Source: a virus
Virus record (IMG/VR): IMGVR_UViG_3300042013_000065
Length of the DNA stretch: 64,000 bases
Strand: one strand, 5' to 3'
Positions 55,651 to 64,000 of this stretch are shown in pieces. Numbering within the stretch: position 1 is the first letter of the stretch; each line of letters begins with the position of its first letter. Made by a program: the position numbers and the translations under genes. The notes beneath the pieces were generated by a model. The model saw only the letters and a program-made list of their open reading frames with translations. It had not been told where the DNA came from and did no database searches.

Positions 55651-56174
55651 GGTTTTCCTTTCCTCATGGCTTTGATCAATGCGTGTCGCTCTTTAGGATA
55701 AAGCAGACCCGCGTGCAGACGTTTCATGCGTGTTTGTTGGGCAACCATTCTTGCGATTTGTTCCCGTGCCCACCGTCGGCCAAGTTCCCCCCATGTAATC
55801 CCCGCCGACGATAATAATCCTCTCATGCGCGGGTTTTTGCGTATGCACGTGTACTTTCCTTTTCGCATGGCTTTAATTGAATTGTGACGTTCTACACCAA
55901 GCAAACCATTATCGGCGCGTTTGATGGTAGTGCACATACGGTCGCCGATTTGTTTTTGCAAACCACCAATCCAGTCTTTGAACTTTTGGTTTTCTTCGTA
56001 CAGTTTATCGGCGTACGCAGCGTAATGAACATCGCCAGTCAGGAATTCAACAGACAGGCCCAATTTCTCGCAAAGCTGTTTGCTGATTTCATCCAGCTTT
56101 ACGCCAGTGCCATCGACGAAATCACCCGTGTACAGAATTTGAATTTTTTCTTCGGATTCAGGAACCGACTGCAT
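55596..56174 (-). CDS. Hypothetical protein
   Basis: 192-aa ORF; IKAMRKGK appears twice. Confidence 0.6.
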   Translation of the reverse strand: MQSVPESEEKIQILYTGDFVDGTGVKLDEISKQLCEKLGLSVEFLTGDVHYAAYADKLYEENQKFKDWIGGLQKQIGDRMCTTIKRADNGLLGVERHNSIKAMRKGKYTCIRKNPRMRGLLSSAGITWGELGRRWAREQIARMVAQQTRMKRLHAGLLYPKERHALIKAMRKGKPCRFEPIPRLCREELVIW

Positions 56175-56511
56175 AATTCACCCCGTGTACAGCAATGTGT
56201 TTTTCGGAACTGGTCAGCGAAGTCTGCAACGCTTCATGATCGTCGCAAATTTCGTCGAGCTGTTTTAACACGGACAACACTTCTTCCCGGCACGCTTTAA
56301 TGCCGGGATTGCCGCCCGCTGCTTCCCACACGTCTTTGATGGAAATGTAATCGGCGTGCAAAACTTTCTGGAACGCAACCCACTCAACCTGCACACTCGG
56401 GTTAGTGAATTTGTCGTCGGCATACGCAAAGATGTTTGCGACTTTGGTTTCGGTGTTGGCGTACTTTGCTTTGTACACCGCCATAAACATTTCACGAACT
56501 GTCTTATACAT
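56158..56511 (-). CDS. Hypothetical protein
   Basis: GGAG RBS; WEAAGGNPGIK. Confidence 0.65.
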   Translation of the reverse strand: MYKTVREMFMAVYKAKYANTETKVANIFAYADDKFTNPSVQVEWVAFQKVLHADYISIKDVWEAAGGNPGIKACREEVLSVLKQLDEICDDHEALQTSLTSSEKHIAVHGVNYAVGS

Positions 56512-57106
56512 TTTGAAGCTCCACGAAATCTTTGTGGTAGATAGTGAGACGGGTCAGCTCATGTTGCAGCTCGCCGTCTTCGTAATCGAAATGCGTTTTG
56601 ACGTGGAAACCATCGGACAATTGTTTGTACGTATTTTTCGCACGCGCCTTGTCTTCAGGTTCAGCAGTGTGCAGCACTTGAAACAGAATCACGTCCACGT
56701 ATTCAACTGCGCAGCCATCATTCAGCGTGTAGGTCACGCCGGGAATCATTTTAACGCTTTCAGGCCACTGCCTCGACGTAACGAAATTCACACCCCATGA
56801 GAAACCGGTTGGCGCAGGAATGTATTCACCGGTTTGCGTACGAATTTCTTTGTACGTCTGCACAACAGGATTTTTATCAGCTTTCACGATCAACGAAGCG
56901 GCGTATTCTTCGTGGCGTTTGTTGTCTGCATCTTTCGCCAGACACCAACCATCGTACGTAGCGGCCAACCGGACATCGCTGTACGAATTGAGGTCGTAGT
57001 CGTCAGAACGGAAATGCAGCAAATCGTTTTTGCTGTAGGACAACGTATTTTCGTGCACGTACAAGAAATCTTTTTCGAACTCTTCACGACGATCAAGCTT
57101 TTTCAT
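56504..57106 (-). CDS. Hypothetical protein
   Basis: GAGG RBS. Confidence 0.65.
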   Translation of the reverse strand: MKKLDRREEFEKDFLYVHENTLSYSKNDLLHFRSDDYDLNSYSDVRLAATYDGWCLAKDADNKRHEEYAASLIVKADKNPVVQTYKEIRTQTGEYIPAPTGFSWGVNFVTSRQWPESVKMIPGVTYTLNDGCAVEYVDVILFQVLHTAEPEDKARAKNTYKQLSDGFHVKTHFDYEDGELQHELTRLTIYHKDFVELQNV

Positions 57107-57774
57107 TTCACCACCTCGGCAGTACGGCTGATAATGAATGCGAAAGGCATCCGGTAGGTTTTGTAATCCTTGATGCTCAGCGTGTCTTCCAGAATCGAAG
57201 TTACCACACCTTCTTTCAGGCCCATCTTTTTCACGCTGGAAAGACTTTTGCCATTCAGCACGGTCGCCAATCCAACGCGGTCGCGAATCTTCAATTCCTT
57301 ATCAATCGTTTTCGTGTACTCCACGTCACGGCTCAATACGGAATAAAGCAGTTGGGCAAACGTTTCGTTCGGCGTGAAGAAAATATCGTTTTCGATATCG
57401 TGCCAGCCTGCGAAGTCAGCGTCGAACATCGGCGCCATTTTGCAACCGCCTGCATTCATGACGCGCCTGATACCGTCTGTGAGGCTCTGTGCGCCTTTCT
57501 CCAGCGATTTAACGTAGGACGGCGCCACCAGTGCATAAAGTTTGTCGTCTCCCTGCTTCCAGCCACCACGGGGCGCCACGTCCAGTTCCCAAATGACCAT
57601 GATGTCTTCGGCACAGGTACGGCGCATGCGCGCAAGGCTGGTAGGCACGCTACCGAATTCGTATTCAGCCGCGCCCATGTAATCGTAATAGCAGACTTCA
57701 CTAATGCCGCTAAGATTTCCTGCCCAGCGCACGGCGATACGAGAAAGGAGATACGGCGAATATTTGGTTTTCAT
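57103..57774 (-). CDS. Conserved hypothetical phage protein
   Basis: DYMG.AE.EFG..P.SL motif. Confidence 0.65.
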   Translation of the reverse strand: MKTKYSPYLLSRIAVRWAGNLSGISEVCYYDYMGAAEYEFGSVPTSLARMRRTCAEDIMVIWELDVAPRGGWKQGDDKLYALVAPSYVKSLEKGAQSLTDGIRRVMNAGGCKMAPMFDADFAGWHDIENDIFFTPNETFAQLLYSVLSRDVEYTKTIDKELKIRDRVGLATVLNGKSLSSVKKMGLKEGVVTSILEDTLSIKDYKTYRMPFAFIISRTAEVVK

Positions 57775-57783
57775 GGTGACGCC

Positions 57784-58275
57784 TTACTTTTTGTCGTGTT
57801 CGATTTGAACAGGGGTTTGGACTTCGGAATATTCAGCGTCGATAACTTTGTCGTTTTCGTCGGTGAACGCCAAATCGTCGTCTTCGTCGTCGGGATCATT
57901 CGGATCGTAATCGTTCGGGTCAGGAACGGCGTCGGTCGGAACGAATTGTGAATCCTTACGCACGGTGAACGTCCAGCCGTAGAAATACGAATTGCCACGG
58001 CGGATAGGATCTTTGCTGTAATCGGAACCGAGCAAGAAGAACCACATTTCCCGGTAGGACTCCCAAAAGAGATTCCATTTCAACGGACGCCCGTTGATCT
58101 TGGCTTTCTTGTAGGAAAACAGTTGATAGATGAAAGCCTGAATGGTGGCCTTCACGAACGCCCACACGATTTGCAAAACGTAGTAGGCAACTGTGCACAC
58201 AACAACCAGACCGACCAAAGACAGAATGATTATGTGCCACGGGTAGGGTAAAAGATTGGTATCGAGCATTTTCAT
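57784..58275 (-). CDS. Membrane protein with acidic tail
   Basis: N-terminal TM; DPNDYDPNDPDDEDDD. Confidence 0.65.
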   Translation of the reverse strand: MKMLDTNLLPYPWHIIILSLVGLVVVCTVAYYVLQIVWAFVKATIQAFIYQLFSYKKAKINGRPLKWNLFWESYREMWFFLLGSDYSKDPIRRGNSYFYGWTFTVRKDSQFVPTDAVPDPNDYDPNDPDDEDDDLAFTDENDKVIDAEYSEVQTPVQIEHDKK

Positions 58276-58562
58276 TGTTCCTCTGAATCAAGGTAGGAAG
58301 ATAATTCCCACGTTAAACTTTCGGCGCTGACAAAATCGTTGTAGATCATTGCGTCAGCGATTGCGTTAACTTTCGGTTTCAGTTCTTCCACTTTGCGGGC
58401 CACTGCCATTTCAACATAGGGCCGCGCAAGTTCTTTCACGCGCTCTTCAGTCAGGCGCTTTTCGAAACCGCCCAGCAGGGCAAGGGCAATCAATGCGAAA
58501 GCAATCACCCCGGCAATCGTGCACAGGATGATTTTTTGGTCTGGTGCGAATTTGGTTCCCAT
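58272..58562 (-). CDS. Single-TM membrane protein
   Basis: IILCTIAGVIAFALIALALLGG. Confidence 0.65.
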   Translation of the reverse strand: MGTKFAPDQKIILCTIAGVIAFALIALALLGGFEKRLTEERVKELARPYVEMAVARKVEELKPKVNAIADAMIYNDFVSAESLTWELSSYLDSEEQ

Positions 58563-58565
58563 ACG

Positions 58566-59027
58566 TCACCAGAAAATGTCTGGCTGATTGATGCCTTCGA
58601 CAATCGCATCCTTCACGCGCTGGATACGTGCCATTTCATTGGAGAATGCCGCGATCATGCCGACACCGTACGAATCCGCTTTGCTGTAGGTCAGGGCCAA
58701 ACGGTTTTCATGCGATTCCACGTAGCCCATCAGATTCGATACCGCGTAAACGCCGATATGATCGTGGCCGATGAATTCTGCGTAATCCAGCACGCGAGAA
58801 ATAATTGTGGTAACGAGAAACGCGTCTTGGGTTTCTGCTTTGTCTGCGTCCAGCTTGTGACCGAGAATGGTCATGTCGAAATGTTGTGCGCCGCCCTTCA
58901 CCATCAAATGCAAACGACGGATAGGGCCAATGAGCGCCAACGTCAAATCGGCAATGATTACTTTATCCATCGGGATAATTGCCAATGCAGCTTGATGGCC
59001 TACTTTGAGGACGATATGGGTGTTCAT
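58566..59027 (-). CDS. Hypothetical protein
   Basis: AGGAG RBS. Confidence 0.7.
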   Translation of the reverse strand: MNTHIVLKVGHQAALAIIPMDKVIIADLTLALIGPIRRLHLMVKGGAQHFDMTILGHKLDADKAETQDAFLVTTIISRVLDYAEFIGHDHIGVYAVSNLMGYVESHENRLALTYSKADSYGVGMIAAFSNEMARIQRVKDAIVEGINQPDIFW

Positions 59028-59046
59028 GCGGGTGTTGCTCCTGATT

Positions 59047-59088
59047 AAAAAGTGAAAGCGGCCCGTTCTATTTGAGGCCGCTTTTCAT
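59047..59088 (-). terminator. Rho-independent terminator
   Basis: - strand tgaaaagcggcc...ggccgctttcac followed by ttttt. Confidence 0.75.
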
Positions 59089-59109
59089 TGTCCTGTACAA
59101 ACAGCGGAT

Positions 59110-59385
59110 TTAGAACCGCTGATAGGTACGAACGAGATTTTGTAGCGTGCGATCTTTTGCGTGCACGGTATTGGCGGTGCCATCCACAATAACGAACGGC
59201 ATTTTGGTACTCAGGCCCACGCGATACATCAGGTGTTCAACCTTCGCTTGCGTGTTCAGGCCGTATTCGTGTTTGTATTCTTTGCACTCCATTGTCGGCG
59301 GTGCGCGGAAAACAATACGAATACCTTCCTGCTTGAAAACGGCTTCTTCGACTTCGCCGAGTGTGGACATTTTTTCTTCGGACAT
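59110..59385 (-). CDS. Conserved hypothetical protein
   Basis: E..VF..EGIRIVFRAP...IVDG...TL..L..TY. Confidence 0.65.
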   Translation of the reverse strand: MSEEKMSTLGEVEEAVFKQEGIRIVFRAPPTMECKEYKHEYGLNTQAKVEHLMYRVGLSTKMPFVIVDGTANTVHAKDRTLQNLVRTYQRF

Positions 59386-59397
59386 TTGAAACCCTTA

Positions 59398-59988
59398 TTA
59401 CGCGAGGCAAATAACGTAAGCGGAGGACGATGCAGTCAGACGGATTGCACCGGGAAGAATTTTGCCGCGTACCGATTCGCGAACAATTACACGCGCACCG
59501 GCCTTTTTGGAAAGCAGGGTTGCCAGCTCTTCAACGCATTGGCACTTGCGCATTTTCTTCTTCAGCTTTTTAACGCTGTAATCGACGTGCATGATTTCAG
59601 CCAGCGCCATGTTCACGCTGAAATGCAAACCAGTCCAGTGTTGCATGCGAATCAGGAAATCTTTCACCGACTCGCTGATACGTTTTTCTTCAGCCGGAAA
59701 GTGGTCAACGTACGAACTGCAACGACGGCAGCATTCATTAATGACGCAATCGCATTCGTCGTTGTCTTCGCGTTCGTCGCGTTCGGCACCTTTACGGGCC
59801 TTGATAACTTTCGCAATGCCATCACGGAATTGCTTTTCGCGTTTGGCACTAACGTCGTCCAAACCGTCTTCCAACGAACCGTTATCGTCAACGGCTTCAG
59901 CGAACAGCTCGGCCACCTTTACGATACCGATTTCGTCCAATGCAGAAACGAGCGCTGCGTAAACGATACGGTTAGCTTTTGTACCCAT
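59398..59988 (-). CDS. Hypothetical protein
   Basis: AAGGA RBS, start MGTKAN. Confidence 0.65.
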   Translation of the reverse strand: MGTKANRIVYAALVSALDEIGIVKVAELFAEAVDDNGSLEDGLDDVSAKREKQFRDGIAKVIKARKGAERDEREDNDECDCVINECCRRCSSYVDHFPAEEKRISESVKDFLIRMQHWTGLHFSVNMALAEIMHVDYSVKKLKKKMRKCQCVEELATLLSKKAGARVIVRESVRGKILPGAIRLTASSSAYVICLA

Positions 59989-60034
59989 GGTCAAACTTCC
60001 TTAGATGCGTGATGGTCTAAATAGCGGGCACAGT

Positions 60035-60066
60035 AAAGCCCGGACTCCAAGGCTACAGAACCGGGC
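60035..60066 (-). terminator. Possible terminator hairpin
   Basis: gcccgg...ccgggc stem with a short T run on the - strand; large loop. Confidence 0.4.
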
Positions 60067-60074
60067 ATACCGTG

Positions 60075-60350
60075 TCAAGCCGTGTAGGCCCAGCCTAGAA
60101 GGTCTACGGCGCTATCCGGCCCGCCCGTCAGGGTACGGGTGATTGTGTCGCCGTCGTGCATACGGCTAAAGCAGGAACCATCCTTTTGAAGTTCGCACGA
60201 CAGAACAAGCGAACCACGATTCCAAACGTGTAAGGTCATTGAGTTGCCCGCGTCGATAACGGATGCAATGAAACCCCGTTGCGTTGCCAGCAATTCAGCT
60301 TTCCGCATTACGTTGAAAACCAGATTGCGTTCAAGTTTGTTCTGTCGCAT
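60075..60350 (-). CDS. Hypothetical protein
   Basis: GAGG RBS. Confidence 0.6.
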   Translation of the reverse strand: MRQNKLERNLVFNVMRKAELLATQRGFIASVIDAGNSMTLHVWNRGSLVLSCELQKDGSCFSRMHDGDTITRTLTGGPDSAVDLLGWAYTA

Positions 60351-60363
60351 ACGAACCTCGTTT

Positions 60364-60624
60364 TTACAATTGCGTCAGTGTGACATCAGCCACCAGCAAA
60401 AAGGTGGTGCCGTATTGTTTCACGTTAGACCAACCCAACGTCAGCATGAATTCAGCAATATGCTTCGCGACGATTTCGTCTACACGCGATTTGTAAGACA
60501 GCACATCAACGCCTGCCGTGTCGTTGTAAATCGAAACGGCTTCTTCTGCGCTCAAAATGATTGCAGGGGTATTCGGGGTTTGATCTTTTGGATCGGGGAG
60601 ATTGCTTGCGGAAAATTTACGCAT
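60364..60624 (-). CDS. Hypothetical protein
   Basis: Start MRKFS with AGGA RBS. Confidence 0.55.
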   Translation of the reverse strand: MRKFSASNLPDPKDQTPNTPAIILSAEEAVSIYNDTAGVDVLSYKSRVDEIVAKHIAEFMLTLGWSNVKQYGTTFLLVADVTLTQL

Positions 60625-60625
60625 G

Positions 60626-61192
60626 TCAGGATTCCTGAAGAGATTGAATGAGACGGCGTTCCACTTCGGAGAAACGAGTGTCGCCAATGTTGAACCAGCC
60701 TACAGCATTTGGGTAATCAGCAAGTTTGCCGCCATTCTGCTGAAAACCGCCCATGAAAACCGTGCGCAGATTCACACCGTGTTGTTCTTCACGTTGAACA
60801 GCCAGTTCACGTGGTGCAGCGGTGATAACACCGACAGCATTCAGGATCAACGCAAATGCTTCACCGGCAGTTTCGTGTTCTTCTGCTTTGGTGCCGGGGA
60901 AGAACAATTGCCCTTCACGTTCCTGCGCCATGATGAAACGTTTGTCATGCGAGATAATCAGGCCGATAACGAAGGTCTGTACGAATTCATCGCGACGTTC
61001 GGCGAGCTTTGCTTCCAGCTTCACAACGTGTGCACGGGTTTTTGCCATACGGCGATTGTGCAAAGCGTTTTGCGCCAACCGACGGTCATTGAAACGTTCC
61101 CACACTTCAATCGCCGCTGGTGGAATTTCGGCGTCGAGCGGAATGTCGAGGAGCATACGCAGCGCGTAGTTTCTGTATTTGTACGAAAACAT
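60626..61192 (-). CDS. Degenerate Nudix-fold protein
   Basis: VIGLIISHDKRFIMAQE....FFPGTKAEEHETAGEAFALILNAVGV: Nudix frame lacking RExxEE. Confidence 0.55.
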   Translation of the reverse strand: MFSYKYRNYALRMLLDIPLDAEIPPAAIEVWERFNDRRLAQNALHNRRMAKTRAHVVKLEAKLAERRDEFVQTFVIGLIISHDKRFIMAQEREGQLFFPGTKAEEHETAGEAFALILNAVGVITAAPRELAVQREEQHGVNLRTVFMGGFQQNGGKLADYPNAVGWFNIGDTRFSEVERRLIQSLQES

Positions 61193-61987
61193 TTAGAGAG
61201 CCGCCATGAATTTTGCGAGGGTTTCGTTTGCGAAGTCGGAGAAACCCGGCTTGTTCTTTTGCAGCGGATGTACATTCGCTACCGGGTTTGCAGTGCGCAG
61301 CGCTTCGAACGTCAGTTCAGGACACAGTTCAGTTTCGAATCTGCCGTCGATGATTGCCCATTCGTAAACACTACGAACTTTTTCATGCGAAGGCGCATCG
61401 AGGCGATTGCCCATGTAATCCGCCATGGAAAATGTCGTTGGCAACATGCCGTCTTCCAGCATTGCGCGAATCATGTACAGGCGTGCAATGTGAACTGCGC
61501 GTGGTGCCAAGATGTCTGCCATTTCACCACCGCGACGATGGGTCATGCTCAGGATCGTACCGGTTACGGATTCCCACATCAGCGAAGGGTTGAAATAGTG
61601 CGCAACCGCTTCCTGCAAATACTTGCCATATTCGCTAACGGAAAACTGCTTTGGACTCGAAACGATTTCCAGTGCACCGACCGCGCTGTTCATTGCCATA
61701 CGCAGGAATTTTTCTGGCGAATAAAAACGAGTGTGAATGTGTTTGCCGTCGATCAGCACAGTATCCACGTGCGAATTGCGCGGGAACTTGTACACGTCTG
61801 GCTTCAGGTCGAAACCGACAACGGCGTACGCAGGTTTTTCTTCGCCGAGGGTGCCGAATGCAGTTGGGCCAGTGTCCGACACAAACAGAGTACGTACATT
61901 CAGTTGCTGACTGATTGCTTCAAAGATTTCGCGACGTTGTTCCATGATCAATTTCCTTCGTGGTAAGTGAATTTGCGGGTGTACCAA
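61193..61987 (-). CDS. Degenerate Pol-beta-superfamily nucleotidyltransferase (YcgL/COG3541-like)
   Basis: TGPTAFGT..E.PAYAVVG vs GS.AYG...PDSD.D.RG; EKFLRMA.....ALE...SP. Confidence 0.6.
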   Translation of the reverse strand: MVHPQIHLPRRKLIMEQRREIFEAISQQLNVRTLFVSDTGPTAFGTLGEEKPAYAVVGFDLKPDVYKFPRNSHVDTVLIDGKHIHTRFYSPEKFLRMAMNSAVGALEIVSSPKQFSVSEYGKYLQEAVAHYFNPSLMWESVTGTILSMTHRRGGEMADILAPRAVHIARLYMIRAMLEDGMLPTTFSMADYMGNRLDAPSHEKVRSVYEWAIIDGRFETELCPELTFEALRTANPVANVHPLQKNKPGFSDFANETLAKFMAAL

Positions 61988-62295
61988 GGCACGTCAGAAA
62001 TCGAAACGATTTGCGCGTCGGCAGCAGTCACCAAAACAGCTTCGCGATCTTTCGTTTTGTGCATGGTGCCATCTTCGTGTTGTTCGTAAACCACGTCAGC
62101 AAATTCACGAATGAAACGCGGCAAACTTGGTACGTCGAATTTCATCCAACGCAGTTCCGCCTGCTGCATGCTGCACGACAGGAATTCGTCAGCACGATTG
62201 TATGCGGCTGCATCGCTGCCACGGTTCTCGGCGTTCACACTGGCTTTTGCCATTGTGGAAATCATGTTGCCGGTTGCGCCTACCAAATATTTCAT
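61948..62295 (-). CDS. Hypothetical protein
   Basis: 115-aa ORF. Confidence 0.6.
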   Translation of the reverse strand: MKYLVGATGNMISTMAKASVNAENRGSDAAAYNRADEFLSCSMQQAELRWMKFDVPSLPRFIREFADVVYEQHEDGTMHKTKDREAVLVTAADAQIVSISDVPWYTRKFTYHEGN

Positions 62296-62642
62296 TTCTT
62301 CAAAGCCTCTTTCCGGTACATGACCAGATAATCGTAGATTGGCATTTGTGCTTCGACCGCGATTGCGCGATAGATTGCGTTTGGTTCTTCGATTGCAACC
62401 AGTTCAGGCAGTTCGTCACGATATATTGCGACGGCGCTGGTCTTGACGGAAGCAGGTACGCTTTCACATTGCAGCTTCAGCACGAACACGCCTTGAATGC
62501 GGTAAGTGTGGTTCGCCAGAATTTGCGAAAGCTGTGTGATTTTTTCTTGCGTCACAATCGCTTTACCGCTGGCCTTGTTGGCGAAGTCGGTAGCGATGTA
62601 AGCGAGCGCACGCGGGTTGGTGAAAATTGCAATTACGTTCAT
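62292..62642 (-). CDS. Hypothetical protein
   Basis: Start MNVIA, ATGA overlap. Confidence 0.6.
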   Translation of the reverse strand: MNVIAIFTNPRALAYIATDFANKASGKAIVTQEKITQLSQILANHTYRIQGVFVLKLQCESVPASVKTSAVAIYRDELPELVAIEEPNAIYRAIAVEAQMPIYDYLVMYRKEALKK

Positions 62643-63499
62643 TCTTCTTCCTGTCCTGTGTGGATCATGTGGCACAAGTCGATCAGCTTCATTTCGATTG
62701 TGCGCTCTTCGTCATTTACAGTTAATTTCACTGTGCCTATAGCGGCGCTCACGAAGTCAGGATCGTGGAATTCTTCGAACACGATTTCACGTACAAAACA
62801 GAACGCGCCTTTCGGGATGTCGTAATCTGGAACGTTGCAGGTGAACGTGATGCCGTTGAACTTTGCAATGTCGTACGGATCGTCATTGCGTACCAGAGTG
62901 GCGGTCATCTGGTCATGCTTGATCAGCGTAGACAGCACACCATATTTGAACAGATAGTCGTCGCCGTTCACGTCGAAAACAAAATACGTCTGGCCTTCAA
63001 CTTGTGCGATGTTGCGGAATTTCAAAACGTTGAAAGGCTTGATCACGTTCGCACACGAATCTATTTCAATACTATGTGACTGACTAATCACACTGGCGCG
63101 TCTGGTCAGCACAAATTCTTTGCCTTGCAGTGCATTCAAAACGTCTTCGTTGGCGCGTCGGCATTGATCGAACTGCCCAAACAATTCATCCAGCTTGTTC
63201 GGGTTGAGCGTGTCCAGTTGCAGCATGCTCGCACGGATGATTTCGCTGTCGAGTTTGCCCCGGCTGTGAATGTTCAGGCTGTCGGAATAACCGTAGCAAA
63301 CTGGCTGACCAATCGCGTCGAATTCGATAAAACCTGCGCCGATAACTTCGACATTGTTTGGCGTGGAACCGAACGCGGTCGCCATCACTTGTTTGTTGCC
63401 TTCGGCCACGTCGATATGACACAGATGGTCGTGAAAGCTCATGTGCGAATGAACATACAGATCACCGCCAGTCAGGATACGAAAGACTAAATATTTCAT
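62639..63499 (-). CDS. Hypothetical protein; N-terminal domain paralogous to 19431..19751
   Basis: MKYLVFR...H..VA...VIGAGF...CYG.SDSL.I.SRG..D. Confidence 0.7.
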   Translation of the reverse strand: MKYLVFRILTGGDLYVHSHMSFHDHLCHIDVAEGNKQVMATAFGSTPNNVEVIGAGFIEFDAIGQPVCYGYSDSLNIHSRGKLDSEIIRASMLQLDTLNPNKLDELFGQFDQCRRANEDVLNALQGKEFVLTRRASVISQSHSIEIDSCANVIKPFNVLKFRNIAQVEGQTYFVFDVNGDDYLFKYGVLSTLIKHDQMTATLVRNDDPYDIAKFNGITFTCNVPDYDIPKGAFCFVREIVFEEFHDPDFVSAAIGTVKLTVNDEERTIEMKLIDLCHMIHTGQEEE

Positions 63500-63699
63500 G
63501 ACGCAATTCCTTGTGGAAACCAAATTGGATAGAAGGCCGCGTAAAGCAGGGTGATGATTGCGTGCATGAAAGCGCCTGCGTATACCGCGTCGTTACGGTT
63601 TTTGCACAGACGGCACACTCCTGCAATCCCGGCGTGAATCAGCAACACCACAAAGAAGCTGACCCACACTAAAAATTCTTGCGTGAATGTAACGCTCAT
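63496..63699 (-). CDS. Small two-TM membrane protein
   Basis: Two hydrophobic segments. Confidence 0.6.
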   Translation of the reverse strand: MSVTFTQEFLVWVSFFVVLLIHAGIAGVCRLCKNRNDAVYAGAFMHAIITLLYAAFYPIWFPQGIAS

Positions 63700-63998
63700 T
63701 CTTCACCACGCCGTTTGAAACATTGAATCAAATCGTACAGACCTTTGTTATGCACACCGGCAGTCACGATGCCCGCACGCAAGCACGCATTCCACGTTTC
63801 AATGGTGGCGTACAAATCTGTACCGGCACGCATGTATTCGTTTTCTTCGTTACACCACAGCAGATAGTGGCCCGCGTTATCAGGGTCAGGAAACGGCATG
63901 TAATAATTGTCGTCGAACAGAACCAAATCGAAGCGACCAAATACGTCAGGCAGTTCACGCTTGTTCAAATCAATGATAACGACTTCGGGTTTTATATG
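63696..63998 (-). CDS. Hypothetical protein, 5' partial
   Basis: Frame is open to the window edge. Confidence 0.55.
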   Translation of the reverse strand, partial: HIKPEVVIIDLNKRELPDVFGRFDLVLFDDNYYMPFPDPDNAGHYLLWCNEENEYMRAGTDLYATIETWNACLRAGIVTAGVHNKGLYDLIQCFKRRGEE

Positions 63999-64000
63999 CG

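Noticed and set aside
60602-61966. 454-aa + strand ORF and the other long + ORFs beyond 8.6 kb
   Set aside because: All overlap the coupled, RBS-bearing - strand genes and have shadow-like composition
1-64000. Stop-codon recoding (alternative genetic code)
   Set aside because: Standard-code ORFs tile the window densely; TAG and TGA stops are followed by terminators or coupled starts (e.g. 6818)
1-64000. tRNA, rRNA, CRISPR array, IS/integrase, intron
   Set aside because: Intergenic gaps are short and no cloverleaf, spaced direct repeats or transposase motifs were seen by eye; tRNAscan-SE/Infernal would be needed to exclude them fully

Overview
A 64 kb segment of a large lytic (jumbo-type) dsDNA phage genome, probably infecting Pseudomonas; the host inference rests on a very close AmrZ homologue and a PL7 alginate lyase. 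Positions 1-8.6 kb (+ strand) are a late block: tail/fibre genes (one with three LamG/ConA-like domains), a four-gene envelope module of unknown function, a repeat-rich fibre protein, and a lysis cassette (i-spanin-like, holin-like, lipoprotein spanin-like, M15 peptidase). A bidirectional terminator at ~8.63 kb separates this from ~55 kb of tightly packed - strand accessory genes, mostly hypothetical. Recognisable ones are four Nudix-fold proteins, NADAR, DUF4326, three RHH regulators including an AmrZ homologue and an RHH-IF2N fusion, a minimal kinase, a GNAT, an HExxH protein, a PL7 alginate lyase and several paralog arrays. The most striking theme is a set of small genes encoding isolated fragments or apparently dead copies of essential enzymes (AlaRS, IF2, DnaB-like, PolA/SF2 motifs, nucleotidyltransferase, Nudix, DUF3696-like), which suggests a decoy/mimic arsenal. 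No tRNA, rRNA, CRISPR array or mobile element was seen. All family assignments come from motif recognition by eye, not database searches. Several start codons were adjusted from the ORF track using RBS and gene-overlap logic.
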